NCBI RefSeq assembly: GCF_006345805.1
Contig: NC_043021.1
Location: forward strand, 3,348,001 to 3,412,000
DNA: 64,000 bases
Source of the DNA: Octopus sinensis
Lineage: Eukaryota
Direction of reading: 5' to 3'
Shown here: one piece after another, positions 11,051-24,200 of the stretch
Layout of the letters: each line of letters starts with the position of its first letter
Numbering within the stretch: position 1 is the stretch's first letter
Notes under the pieces: generated by a model
What the model was told of the DNA's origin: nothing
What the model saw: only the letters and a program-made list of their open reading frames with translations
The model's database searches: none
Translations under genes and position numbers: made by a program

Positions 11051-14000
11051 CAAAAATCAAACCAATTTGAAAATCAAACAGATTTTCAATGAGACCACCT
11101 AACTTTATCCCGACTTCCACTACTTGTTTTATGATCCAGAAAGTGAAACGATAGAAGTCAGCATACATAGATCGACATTTGCTGGAAACAAAGCAACGAA
11201 GCGAAAGTCTAAAATGCTTCTCTACTGATATCGACCTGCCCTATATCATTGTCTGCAGTCAACTGTTGCCCACCAAATTTACATAAGCTCCACAAGGCAA
11301 GTCTTTGTGGAATTGAGACCTCAAAAAGAGAGGAGAATCTTACCTTTGATAATAACCCCTGTATAGACAACACCCGATGGGGTTTTTTTTTCTCCCTCAT
11401 CTGAATGTGTAGCTATTCACCAAACGCACGCGTCCCTAACAGCGTATTGCTGAATTACGAATCAATTACGAATTAATTCCAACGGTGCAAGAAAGTTAAT
11501 TGTACTTCCATTCCAATGTTCATGATGTCATACAATTCTCACGGCTGCTTATTGTTTTAAGAAGTTAATCATATATTCTAAACATGAACAATTCTGAAAT
11601 AAACTTTTCAGTTCCAAAGATAAAACATTCTCCCAATTTTATTTCATCGCCGAGTTCAGTCGAGTTCTACCGAATATTATTTTACTTTTCTTTTTATTAT
11701 ACTTCTACAGTTTTCACGTTCTGACTTCTACAGTTTTCACCTTCTGAATAATGAAACGAAATATCGCACATACTTCGTAATGGAGGAACAATGCAATAAT
11801 AGCCATGAAAACGATTAGTAGTAAAATACCGAAATTAAACTAGCCTGTCTGTCTATCCATCTCCATATATGCTTGCCTGTCACTCGTAACTACTTTACGC
11901 TGTACCAAGGTAATGCTTCTTTGTCTTATAACATACAAAACAACGCGACCATTTGGTTTTCACGTTCGAATATTAGCTATCAATCTAACAGCACTTCCAC
12001 CAAGTTTATATCATTGTCAATGGTTCAAGATGAACGCAGTTCTTCAATAACGGGATTTTTTTTTCAGGCAGGTCAATTGTTTGTGCGTTCTTTAAAATAT
12101 TTGGTGAAGTTTTGGAATAACTGTCACTAACAACGCAAAGCAAAAAATTGGGGAGTGGGTTTTTTAAAAAAAAAAGCTATTTCTTTAGTATTCGTGTTTC
12201 ATTTAGGAAAAATATGATTATAAAGGTTTTTTTTTTTTCAAGAATTTGAAATTTTCTTAATTTTGACCCACCACCATCAATTTATATCTGATATTATTGG
12301 TTTCAAATTTTGACACAAAGCCAGCAATTTTAGGGGAGGGGTAAGTCTATTACACCAACTCCAGTGTTCAACTGATACTTATTTTATCGACTGTGAAATC
12401 ATGAAATGCAAAGTCCGTCGGCGGAATTTGAATTCAATGTAAAGACGGATGAAATGCTGTTTAAGCATTTCGCCTGGCGTCATTATCGGCAATATCGAAA
12501 TGTTATTGCTTTCATTATTTTACTGATAACTTTGAAAAAAAAAATGGTTTCTCTCTTGGACTGTTTATTTTAATAAATTATATTCCAATCAAAAAAAAAA
12601 TTTTTTTTTCGACTTCAAGAAGTCCAGAACACGAGTCCTTAAATTCAGCAACAACATTGTAAATGAAAAAAAAAGTTAAACGGTAGTTATGATAATTAAA
12701 ACAACTAAAAAAAAACGTTAAAATTATTAGTAATATATCTAATAAATAAATAAGCTGGAACCATAGAAAATCAATGCCGTTTTCTTATTTTGTTTAATTT
12801 CATACGAGTTGGCGGATGTGACTCAATAAATTCGGTGAGGAGATTTGACTTCTGTCGTAAAATCTAAAAGCGCCGAGAAAGAAATATTCATCCAAAAGTA
12901 ATGACTTAAAGGTAATGTTATAATGGTCTCTGTTGCAGAAAGATAAGGTAAACAAGACAGACATTGATAGAAAGGGCAAAATCAGATGAGTTGTCTGAAC
13001 CGACATTTGATCGAAAGCGTTCTCTATACATAACAATCCCTGTTTTAGTTTATCGAGAATTAAATTATCAAATGTGACAATTTCTTTTGAAATGGTCAAA
13101 TTATAAAGCTTATATTAGTGTGGTTTCTGGCTAGGATTGTAAAATACACCCAAGAACGAACGCTTCGTGTAGCCATTTTGATTAACGAACGTCTGGGGGA
13201 AAAAGAAGGGCAATAGAATTTATAGATTTAAAAAAGAATTATTTATTTATTCAGAACTTTATTGATTGTACAGTACAGGTATTTTTACCCACACACATTG
13301 ACATAATAATATCGAAGCGAAATTTTTATTTAAAAAAAAACACCTTATTTTCAGTGGCACACGACAGACGACAGACGTCTGCTTTCTTTCAGTTGAACGG
13401 TTTACTGAATAAGTAGAGTAAAAAGTTCCCACTTGAAAAAAATTGCTTCATGGAAAATAAGAACAAAAGTAAAGTGTCCGGTAAACGTATATTTTCATTG
13501 TTGTTTAATCGACCTTGAACAAACAGACATTAGACTAAAAAATATATTCAAGCTATGATCATTACCGACATTTTTCCCCCAGAAATTGCTGTTCTTTGTG
13601 GGTCAATTTTTTTGTTTAAACGATTGTGTGTTATTCAATGATGATTTGGATACTTTCTCTTCAAGCAGGTTCAACGACCTCATAAAAGTCCCCCCCCCCT
13701 AATGGCTCGCGTAAATTTTCCTACAGTGTCTATGGCGTTATTTCACATATTTGTTGTGTGTATCTCTGTGTACACACAACGTACACTTTGTACGCATAAA
13801 AGTGGAAGAAGAAGAAACGACAACATTACAAACGGCTTTCCAGACATTTTAATATCGTCGTTCGTAGGATTATTGGTAGAAATTTATTGATACGTAAAGG
13901 GGTGGAGAGATAAAGCAATTATTTCAACTGGGATCACGTATGCAGGACATTGTACATACGAGCATTGCCCAGGCTGAAAAGGTAGCCGTTAATGGCTTAG

Positions 14001-14261
14001 AATTATTCTTGAAGATATATTCACTGGAATAGAATGGTACTATTGGATTTCTCAAGAAATCCAGTAATAATCTGTGAGATTATAAAAATTAGATTATTTC
14101 CCAGTCTGGTCTTCCTTGCATTTTGCTACTTGCTCATACACACTCAATGTAAATAGTATATTAATTAATTTTAATTGTGTAAACGAAATATAATCCAAAC
14201 TTTAAATAAGGAACAAGATTAAGTAAATGTGAGAACAGTTTTATTTTATTTGGAACTTTCC

Positions 14262-14457
14262 TTACTCTTCTACTTGTTTCAGTCATTTGACTGCGGCCAT
14301 GCTGGAGCACCGCCTTTAGTCGAGCAAATCGACCCCGGGACTTATTCTTTGTAAGCCCAGTACTTATTCTATCGGTCTCTTTTGCCGAACCGCTAAGTGA
14401 CGGGGACGTAAACACACCAGCATCGGTTGTCAAGCAATGCTAGGGGGACAAACACAA

Positions 14458-14504
<47 letters not shown>

Positions 14505-14660
14505 TACGACAGGCTTCTTTCAGTTTCCGTCTACCAAATCCACTCACAAGGCATTGGTCGGCCCGGGGCTATAGTAGAAGACACTTGCCCAAGATGCCAC
14601 GCAGTGGGACTGAACCCGGAACCATGTGGTTGTTTAGCAAGCTACTTACCACACAGCCAT
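14262..14660 (-). mobile_element. SINE family A
   Basis: Aligns to the family consensus. Confidence 0.88.
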
Positions 14661-15257
14661 TGAAAATTATTTCTTAAAATTATTTTGAAGAATTAGAAGC
14701 TGGGGGTGTTGGCAAGTAAACCACTCACAGAAGCATAATTTTTCTAATGTACAAAAAATGGAATGCTCAGAGGATGACCTCACATTCAAATATTGGAGTT
14801 TCAATACATGAAGTGGTAAAGAAATGATATTAAATTGCAATGAGCCTTGGCTTATTTAATATTATATATTAGAATCTGTATGTGAAAGATCAGGCTAAAT
14901 CTCCTTGTAACATTTCATGAACTGGTTGTCCCATCGATCAGATTAACTAGAAGCCTCATTATCCTAATTGTCAGTGCCATTAGATCTGTACTTACTATAA
15001 TCTTGGTAAGTCTGAACTTCAGGGTACATAATTTTTTTTTTACCAGCAAGGGCTTAATAAAGAAATTACGGAGACTTCCAACTTTTGAACACCCCACATA
15101 AAATTATCAGAGAGTAAGCAGTATTTCTCAGGATGTCCAGTAACTGTCAATGTTTGTCCCTGAGATTTATAGACATAGCAAAGCTTAAATGTTCTGGAAA
15201 GTTAATTCTATAATCTTTACAATTGCAATTTTATAAGTGGAATTCAAGCTTATTGTA

Positions 15258-15466
15258 TTACTCTTTTTACTCTTTTTCTTGTTTCAGTCATTTGACTGCG
15301 GCCATGCTGGGGCACCGCCTTTAGTCGAGCAAATCGTCCCCGAGACTTATTCTTTGTAAGCCCAGTACTTATTCTATCGGTCTCTTTTGCCGAACCGCTA
15401 AGTAACGGGGACGTAAACACACCAGCTTCGGTTGTCAAGCAATGCTAGGGGGACAAACACGGACAA

Positions 15467-15537
<71 letters not shown>

Positions 15538-15702
15538 TACGACAGGCTTCTTTCAGTTTCCGTCTACCAAATCCACTCACAAGGCTTTGGTCGGCCCGAG
15601 GCTATAGCAGAAGACACTTGCCCAAGATGCCACGCAGTGGGACTGAACCCGGAACCATGTGGTCGGTTAGCAAGCTACTTACCACACAGCCACTCCTACG
15701 CC
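15258..15702 (-). mobile_element. SINE family A
   Basis: Full length with expanded (TA)n. Confidence 0.88.
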
Positions 15703-16278
15703 TATGGTCAATTCTGCGCCCCCTTCCCCCCACTTCAATCGGCGCCTGGGGCACATGCCCCTCTTGCATTTTTTGCGTAATTCAGATGACAGTTTATTCA
15801 CTGCACCCTGTATATACAAAGACAAACATGCACATATATGCATGCATGCACAATCATGATTGTACGGCTAAGAAGCGTCGGCTTAGTCCCACTGTGGAAC
15901 TTGAATAAGTGTCTTCTATTATAGGCTGACCAAAGCTTTGTGAATAGATTTGGTAGATAGAAACTGAAAGAAGCCTGCTGTGTCCATCACCACTGCTTGA
16001 CAACCAGTGTTAGTGTATATATGTCCCTGTAATTTAGTGATTCAGAAAAAAAACCAATAGAATTAGTACCATGCTTAAAAAAAGAAAAATAAGTACTTGG
16101 GTCAGTTCATTCAACTAAAGATCCTTCAAGGCAGTGCCCCAGCATGACCACAGTTTAATGATTGAAACAAGTAAAAAAAAAGATACTAATTCACAATCCT
16201 AGAAATAAGTTTAACCCTTTTGATACCAACCCCACCCTAAGTACCTGTCTGTGGTCCTGTGATAACAAAATCCCTGCT

Positions 16279-16505
16279 TTAACCCTTTAGTATTTAAACC
16301 GGCCATATCCGGCCAAAATAGCTAATCTGCTTTATGTTCAAACTGACCAGATCCAGGCCCTCACACCTACCCTACAATGTTATTCTACATTAAGTAATTA
16401 CACCATCAACATCTTGAAGATATGAGATAATGCATGATTAATTCAAATCAATGGGAATCAATAAGCATTATGTTTGATAGAATAATCTGTACGCTAAAGG
16501 GTTAA
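16279..16505. mobile_element. piggyBac-type MITE (a degenerate copy also lies at about 17126-17346)
   Basis: TTAA-CCCTTTAG...CTAAAGGG-TTAA termini. Confidence 0.7.
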
Positions 16506-16656
16506 AGTGATCCAAATCATTTAGGCATAAGGCCAGCAGTTCTGAAGGAAAGGGCTTAACAGATCCCATCAACCCAAGTGCTTGACTGGGTACTTTGTTT
16601 TATCATCTGCAGAGAGATGAGCATAAAGTTAACCTTGATAGGATATGACCTCAGAG

Positions 16657-17040
16657 TGGAGGCGCAATGGCCCAGTGGTTAGGGCAGCGGACTCGCGGTC
16701 GTAGGATCGCGGTTTCGATTCCCAGACCGGGTGTTGTGAGTGTTTATTGAGCGAAAACACCTAAAGCTCCACGAGGCTCCGGCAGGGGATGGTGGTGATC
16801 CCTGCTGTACTCTTTCACCACAACTTTCTCTCACTCTTACTTCCTGTTTCTGTTGTACCTGTATTTCAAAGGGCCGGCCTTGTCACTCTCTGTGTCACGG
16901 TGAATATCCCCGAGAACTACGTTAAGGGTACACGTGTCTGTGGAGTGCTCAGCCACTTACACGTTAATTTCACGAGCAGGCTGTTCCGTTGATCGGATCA
17001 GCCGGAACCCTCGTCGTCGTAACCGACGGAGTGCTTCCCA
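16657..17040 (+). mobile_element. tRNA-derived SINE family B (head GGAGGCGCAATGGCCCAGTGGTTAGGG, tail GACGGAGTGCTTCC), full length
   Basis: A/B boxes; 11-bp TSD atgacctcaga at 16645 and 17042. Confidence 0.92.
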
Positions 17041-17400
17041 CATGACCTCAGAATATAAAAAGAACCATCATAGCAAATACTGCAGAGCATTTTAGTCTGA
17101 CACTCTTATGATTCTACCAGTCCATCACCCTTAAACATTGAAACTGGCCATCTCCTACTAAGATATTCTACTAGTTTTATTGTTCAAGCTGGCCTGATTG
17201 AGCTTTTCATGCCTACCCTACAATGTCATCCTAAGAATAAACAGTCACATCATTGAAATCTCAGAGCTATGAGACAATGCACAGTTGATTCAAAACAATT
17301 AAATAAGCATTGCATTTGATAGAGTATTCTGAATGCTAAAGAGTTAATAATGTCAATTATTTTCTTAAATTCTTCACTTTTCAAAATTAATTGAAACAAA

Positions 17401-17801
17401 GTTCCGGGTTCAGTCCCACTGCGTGGCATCTTGGGCAAGTGTCTTCTACTATAGCCTCGGGCCGACCAATGCCTTGTGAGTGGATTTGGTAGACAGAAAC
17501 TGAAAGAAGCCCGTCGTATATATATATATATATATATATAGAATGATTGTCGTCATTTCTTTCTCTTTTGCCTGCGTTGTTTGCTTTTTAAGTGCTGTGG
17601 TTTTACTGGGATCTCCCTTTTAAGTAGAAAGAATAGCCAAAACTCTTTGACTGCTATTTCTAAATTCGGTGTGTGGTGAGGCAAATCGTTGCTAAACCCT
17701 TAATTACTTAAACATTCCTTGAATGGGGCTTTTACATGCCGAACTCTACTTGGTAAAATTAATGATTATTCCAAATTAATTCATTTCACCCTTTATTATT
17801 G

Positions 17802-17833
<32 letters not shown>

Positions 17834-18035
17834 TTGTGTGCCTGTGTTTGTCCTCCCAACATCGCTTGACAACCGATGCTGGTGTGTTTACATCCCCGTA
17901 ACTTAGCGGTTCGGCAAGAGAGACTGATAGAATAAGTACTAGGCTTACAAAGAATAAGTCCTGGGTCGATTTGCTCGACTAAAGGCGGTGCTCCAGTATG
18001 GCCACAGTCAAATGACTGAAACGAGTAACAGAGTA
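17401..18035 (+). mobile_element. SINE family A split by a ~265-bp insertion (17541-17805) in its (TA)n tract
   Basis: 5' half ends in (TA)n at 17540; 3' half resumes after (TA)n at ~17825. Confidence 0.8.
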
Positions 18036-18203
18036 AAGTGTGCCTCATCAGAAATGTAGTTAAGTGTTGCTTCAACTCTCTTTTCTCCTCCGTAAAAGTT
18101 ATCCTATGTTTGCAGTACTTTGCTTCTTTGATCAGTAAACATTTCCACAGTTTTATTTCATTATTTTGCTTTTTCTATATATTTACAGTTGAAAATTTTT
18201 ACA

Positions 18204-21200
18204 ATGGAAGATGTAAAGAGGAGCAATATTGCGGAAGACAGTGGAAATTTTTCAAATTCCCTCTTATCGGTTATCAACAAGAATGCCGTAAATGATACAG
18301 GCAATGCAGCTAATTTACCAAAGATTCCTGTTATTGTGGTCTCTGACTCCAGTGACACAGAAGATTCAGTGCCAAAGCGCCATCTCAAATTCCGAATGAG
18401 AATAAACAACAGTAATGAGGCTCTGTTTGTAATTCTTCCAAAGAGCATTATTTGTCTGATATGTTATAAGAAATTCCTGCGTATCTCATCATTAAAAAGC
18501 CACATCTTGTGGCATCTTCATCGTGACGATGTTCCCAGCAATAATTTATGTCATTCTTGTAAATCTAATGCTGACATATCTGACTGTCCATCATTCAAGT
18601 TGATTAAGAAGATCATGAGAAATTTCTTATTATCAACAATAAGAAAGCGACAATCTTTGAAAAATAATTCCCGAAGCTATAGAGTTGATCCAAATTACGA
18701 CAAAGTGATGATTACAGAAAACACATTTACTATAGAAAATACGACGACAGAAACATCAAGTAACAATTCCCATTTGGATAACAATAATTCACCAACTCCT
18801 TCTAATACTGCCAATAACAATAAACCAAAAGACTTGAAAGACTACAAAGGAAACTCCATCCAAGATGATTTATTTAAAGAAAAGGCTGTAACCTCTGACC
18901 AAAAGGAACGAACAACATTTGATGAAAGTTCAGCTGTCAGCGATAAGCTTTGTGTAGAACCTGTGATAGATTCAAGCGAATTTATGCTTGTAAATGGACA
19001 ATACAAATGTTTAAGTTGTTCGAAAGATTACACTCTAAACACAATCAATAATCATATAATGTGGCATTTTCACAAAGGTGTTGACTTGTGCTCTAAGCTG
19101 CACTACATAAGTTTCAGTTCTGGTGATACAATCTGCCCATTAGTAGTTCAGATTATAAACTATTTAGTATCTAAGGAAGGAAAACCAATACAAGTGAACT
19201 GGGGTAAGAATAATGATGGGAAAATAATTTTCAAAGTGAAGTTGATGAAAACTGCAACTGAATTGAATGCAGATACAGTTGTTGATAATCCTATTAGTCT
19301 GACAAAAAAAGACAATGTACCCAGTTTTCAGAGTGATAGTGTCACTCCACCAATTGCCGAGTACACCATAAATGAACCATTGGTCCAGGACCATTCTGAT
19401 AGCAGTGACACACAAAACTCAACTTGCAACTCTAAAGCTGGCTCTAGTCATCCAACAGATAAATATTTGATAAGCGAATGTTCAAACGACACTCCTACAG
19501 TGTGTGATAAAACAGATGAAAGTTTACCTTTAGAGAATGACAACCAGCCAGTGTGTAAAGAAATGACAGAAGTAACAACAGCAGGCACTGGTGGAAATAA
19601 TTTACATGTTCAGCCAGTCAGGAAACCAGATTCTTCTGCCGATGTCTGGAGTTTTTATAAATGTATGGTAACAGGGTGCAACTATTCCACTTTATTTCCT
19701 GACAATTATTTGAAACATCTGAAACAACTACATGAAAATATGCACTTTTACCAATGCACCCATTGCGACTTTACAGCTGACACCTATAGTCTTTTAGCAA
19801 AACATCTGAAAACTCATACCCACCCAACAGAATTTCTATTTCCTTGTGGTTCCAGTAATTGTAGCTATTACACAAGGGTTCTGAGCCTGCTACCCAAACA
19901 TTTTACTTCAAGTCACATCAACTGTAAAAAAGTCCTCTGCAAGCACTGTGCTACTGAATTCACAGACCTTAGCCAGTTATTGGAACACTACCATTGTAAT
20001 CTCCTGAAGTCAGTTAAATGTTCTTACTGTCCTGCACGAGACACTCTCCGTCAACGTATCCTACACCATCTCTCTTTATCTCATCCAGGGAGGCCACGAC
20101 AAATTATTGTCAGCAGCCAGCTTGTATGCAGTACCAAGAAACAAGCATCTGGGCATGTAAAACTACCGACAGAGAGTACAGTCAAAGTTATGAAAGAGAC
20201 CCTAATATCAGAACAAGAACAAACTGCAGGTTTTAAGACAAGCTGCTTGAGTAATGACGGTACAGACGATGGAGATCATCGTGCATCTGAAAAATATGTA
20301 AATGGTTTGATAAATCCAAGAAATCATACAGAAGAACTTTGTAAGACTGGGGATTGGTCTAACGAACAGAGTGAAACTAATGGTTGTTCTAGTGAACTGG
20401 GTGGGACTAGTGATTATGCTAACGAACAGTGTAATGGTTTGAGTGATTTTAAGCAGGCACAAGAACAAAAAGGTGTTAAAATGAAGCAGTTGAGAAAACA
20501 AAAGAACAGAGTAAAGACAAAATTAAAAAATTCTTCTAAAGATATCTCATCAATAGAAGGGTTTAATTGGAGTGGTGAGAGTAATGGCAGTTGTGAACAG
20601 ACGTACAATAATACTGCCCCAGTCTCTAATTTTATTAATTTTGATATAGCTGGAAGAGAACTTGATGCTTGCTTGAAGATTTGCTACGAATTTCTGGATC
20701 AGAGTTTAAAGTGCAAGCTATGCTTCCAAACTAGAAAGTCGACCCAGGAGATTCATCTTCACATTCTACAGTATCACTTCCATTGGTATCTCTGGCAGTG
20801 TTTCAAATGTAAAACAAATACGTATTCACTTGAAGAAATGCATTGGCATTACCAGCACAAACATCGAGGCTTGATTATTTGTGTGAAATTTCTTTCCTTA
20901 CCGCAGCTGGCGAAAGGTTCTGATGGCAGACTTTGCCTTCAGAAAGAACAAAAGATTGTTTCAGAGAAATCTCAGAAATCAAAGAAGTCTGAACTGTACA
21001 GACAGATACGGCAGCATTGTGTATATGAAATGGTGAATTCAAGAAATTCTAAGAAGGAGGAAGACACGGCCAATGATAAGCAGAGAAACAAAAAACTGTT
21101 TATATTTCTAAGTGACTCTCAGCCTCTGGATGAAGCAGAGAAAATTCCAGATAACGATGAAAATACTAATAATCTTGCAAAAGGTGAACTTGACTATGAA

Positions 21201-24200
21201 AAAAATTACAAACATAAAAAATTACGCAAAAGTTCTTTAAATGATAAAAGTCACAGAGAGATAAAGAAAAGGAAGATCTCTTCACTCTTGAATGAAAGCA
21301 ACATTGCAATAGATACGTCCAACACGGATTTCAAGATGGAGAAGACTATCAAACAAGGTAATAATTATAATAGAAATGGATTACTGCTTAATGTTGAAAA
21401 ACACTTAATGGTTGCTCAAAATTCGCTTCCATTCAGGAGAGGCAAAAAGGAGAAATGCTTATTGCATCTTAGGAAAGAAACATCTTTGGTTAATTATACA
21501 ACTTGGAACCAAGCCTTTCTGACTGGGAACATAAATACATCATTTGATAATAGTTGTAAAATGAGTAGTGACCCAACTGTCAATAACAAGAAGATGAAGA
21601 TCAGCCCAGATACTGTTGAACAGAGCAAAGAGGCAACTGGCTCAGATGTTAAAATCACAATAGTGAAAGCTGACTCTGATGTTGAAATTAGTAAGGTGAA
21701 GACTGGCTCACCTGTCGATAACAGTAAAACAAGGACTGGCTCACCTGTCGATAACAGTAAAACAAAAATTGGCTCACCTGTCGATAACAGTAAAACAAGG
21801 ACTGGCTCACCTGTCGATAACAGTAAAACAAAGACTGACTCACCTGTCGATAACAGTAAAACAAAAATTGGCTCACCTGTCAATAACAGTAGAACAAGGA
21901 CTGGCTCACCTGTCGATAACAGTAAAACAAAAATTGGCTCACCTGTCGATAACAGTAGAACAAGGACTGGCTCACCTGTCGATAACAGTAAAACAAAGAC
22001 TGGCTCACCTGTCGATAACAGTAAAACAAGGAATGACTCACCTGTCGATAACATTAAAACAAGGACTGACTCACCTGTCGATAACAGTAAAACAAGGACT
22101 GACTCACCTGTCGATAACAGTAAAACAAAGACTGGCTCACCTGTCGATAACAGTAAAACAAGGACTGGTGCACCTGTCGATAACAGTAAAACAAGGACTG
22201 GCTCACCTGTCGATAACAGTAAAACAAGGTCTGGTTCACCTGTCGATAACAGTAAAACAAAGACTGGCTCACCTGTCGATAACAGTAAAACAAAGACTGG
22301 CTCACCTGTCAATAACAGTAAAATAAGGACTGACTCACCTGTCGATAACAGTAAAACAAGGACTGGCTCACCTGTCGATAACAGTAAAACAAGGACTGAC
22401 TCACCTGTCGATAACATTAAAACAAGGACTGACTCACCTGTCGATAACAGTGAAACAAAGACTGGCTCACCTGTCGATAACAGTAAAACAAGGACTGGTG
22501 CACCTGTCGATAACAGTAAAACAAGGACTGGCTCACCTGTCGATAACAGTAAAACAAGGTCTGGTTCACCTGTCGATAACAGTAAAACAAAGACTGGCTC
22601 ACCTGTCGATAACAGTAAAACAAAGACTGGCTCACCTGTCAATAACAGTAAAACAAGGACTGACTCACCTGTCGATAACAGTAAAACAAGGACTGGCTCA
22701 CCTGTCGATAACAGTAAAACAAGGACTGACTCACCTGTCGATAACAGTAAAACAAGAACTGACTCACTTGTCGATAACATTAAAACAAGGACTGACTCAC
22801 CTGTCGATAACATTAAAACAAGGACTGACTCACCTGTCGATAACATTAAAACAAGGACTGACTCACCTGTCGATAACAGTAAAACAAGGACTGACTCACC
22901 TGTCGATAACAGTAAAACAAAGACTGGCTCACCTGTCGATAACAGTAAAACAAGGACTGGTGCACCTGTCGATAACAGTAAAACAAGGACTGGCTCACCT
23001 GTCGATAACAGTAAAACAAGGTCTTGTTCACCTGTCGATAACAGTAAAACAAAGACTGGCTCACCTGTTGATAACACTAAAACATGGACTGACTCACCTG
23101 TCGATAACACTAAAACATGGACTGACTCACCTGTCGATAACACTAAAACAAGGTCTGGCTCACATGTTGATAACAGTAAAACAAGGTCTGGTTCACCTGT
23201 CAATAACAGTAAAACAAGGACTGACTCACCTGTCGATAACAGTAAAACAAGGACTGGCTCACCTGTCGATAGCAGTAAAACAAGGACTGGCTCACCTGTC
23301 CATAACAGTAAAACAAGGTCTGGTTCACCTGTCCATAACAGTAAAACAAAGACTGGCTCACCTGTCGATAACACTATAACAAGGACTGGCTCACATGTTG
23401 ATAACAGTAAAACAAGGACTGGCTCACCTGTTGATAACACTAAAACAAGGACTGGCTTACCTGTCGATAACAGTAAAACAAAGACTGGCTCACCTGTCGA
23501 TAACACTAAAACAAGGACTGGCTCACCTGTCGATAACACTAAAACAAAGACTAACTTACCTGTCGATAACAGTAAAACAAGGTCTGGTTCACATGTTGAT
23601 AACAGTAAAACAAGGTCTGGTTCACATGTTGATAACAGTAAAACAAGGTCTGGTTCACATGTTGATAACAGTAAAACAAGGTCTGGCTCACCTGTCGATA
23701 ACAGTAAAACAAAGACTGGCTCACCTGTCGATAACACTAAAACAAAGACTAACTTACCTGTCGATAACAGTAAAACAAGGTCTGGTTCACATGTTGATAA
23801 CAGTAAAACAAGGTCTGGCTCACCTGTCGATAACAGTAAAACAAGGACTGGCTCACCTGTCGATAACAGTAAAACAAGGACTGTCTCACCTGTTGATAAC
23901 AGTAAAACAAAGACTGGCTCACCCATCGATAACAGTAAAACAAAGACTGGCTCGCCTGCTGATAGTAATAAAGTGAAGATTGGCTCAGTTGCTGATAGCA
24001 ACAACACAAAGACTAGCTCAACTGTTGAGCGTAATAAGGTGAAGACTGACTCAGCTGTTGATAGCAGTAAAGCGAAGGCTAACTTGGCTGTTGATAGCAG
24101 TAAAGTGAAGACTGGCTCAGCTGTTGATAGTAAAGCGAAGACTGGCTCAGCTGTTGATAGTAAAGCAAAGACTGGCTCAGCTGTTGATAGTAAAGCAAAG

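Noticed and set aside
11344-11593. Possible minus-strand exon ending at a strong AAG|GTAAGA donor
   Set aside because: All three frames are closed with the best acceptor, and no partner exons were found
12800-13099. 99-aa minus-strand ORF MTISKEIVTFD
   Set aside because: TTG start bounded by an upstream stop, no recognisable domain, no supporting splice signals
15398-15908. ORFs with IYIYIY runs and recurring MSSNARGTNT / CPRCHAVGLN peptides (also at about 4.3, 14.4, 34.6, 51.4 and 55.8 kb)
   Set aside because: Translations of SINE family A and its TA microsatellite
16657-16730. tRNA-like sequences at SINE 5' ends (also 2605, 10650-10722, 33863)
   Set aside because: They continue directly into SINE bodies with TSDs and lack a complete acceptor stem; not tRNA genes
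21702-23945. Regular 33-bp repeats resembling a CRISPR array
   Set aside because: The units are contiguous with no unique spacers, lie in frame within a eukaryotic ORF, and there are no cas genes
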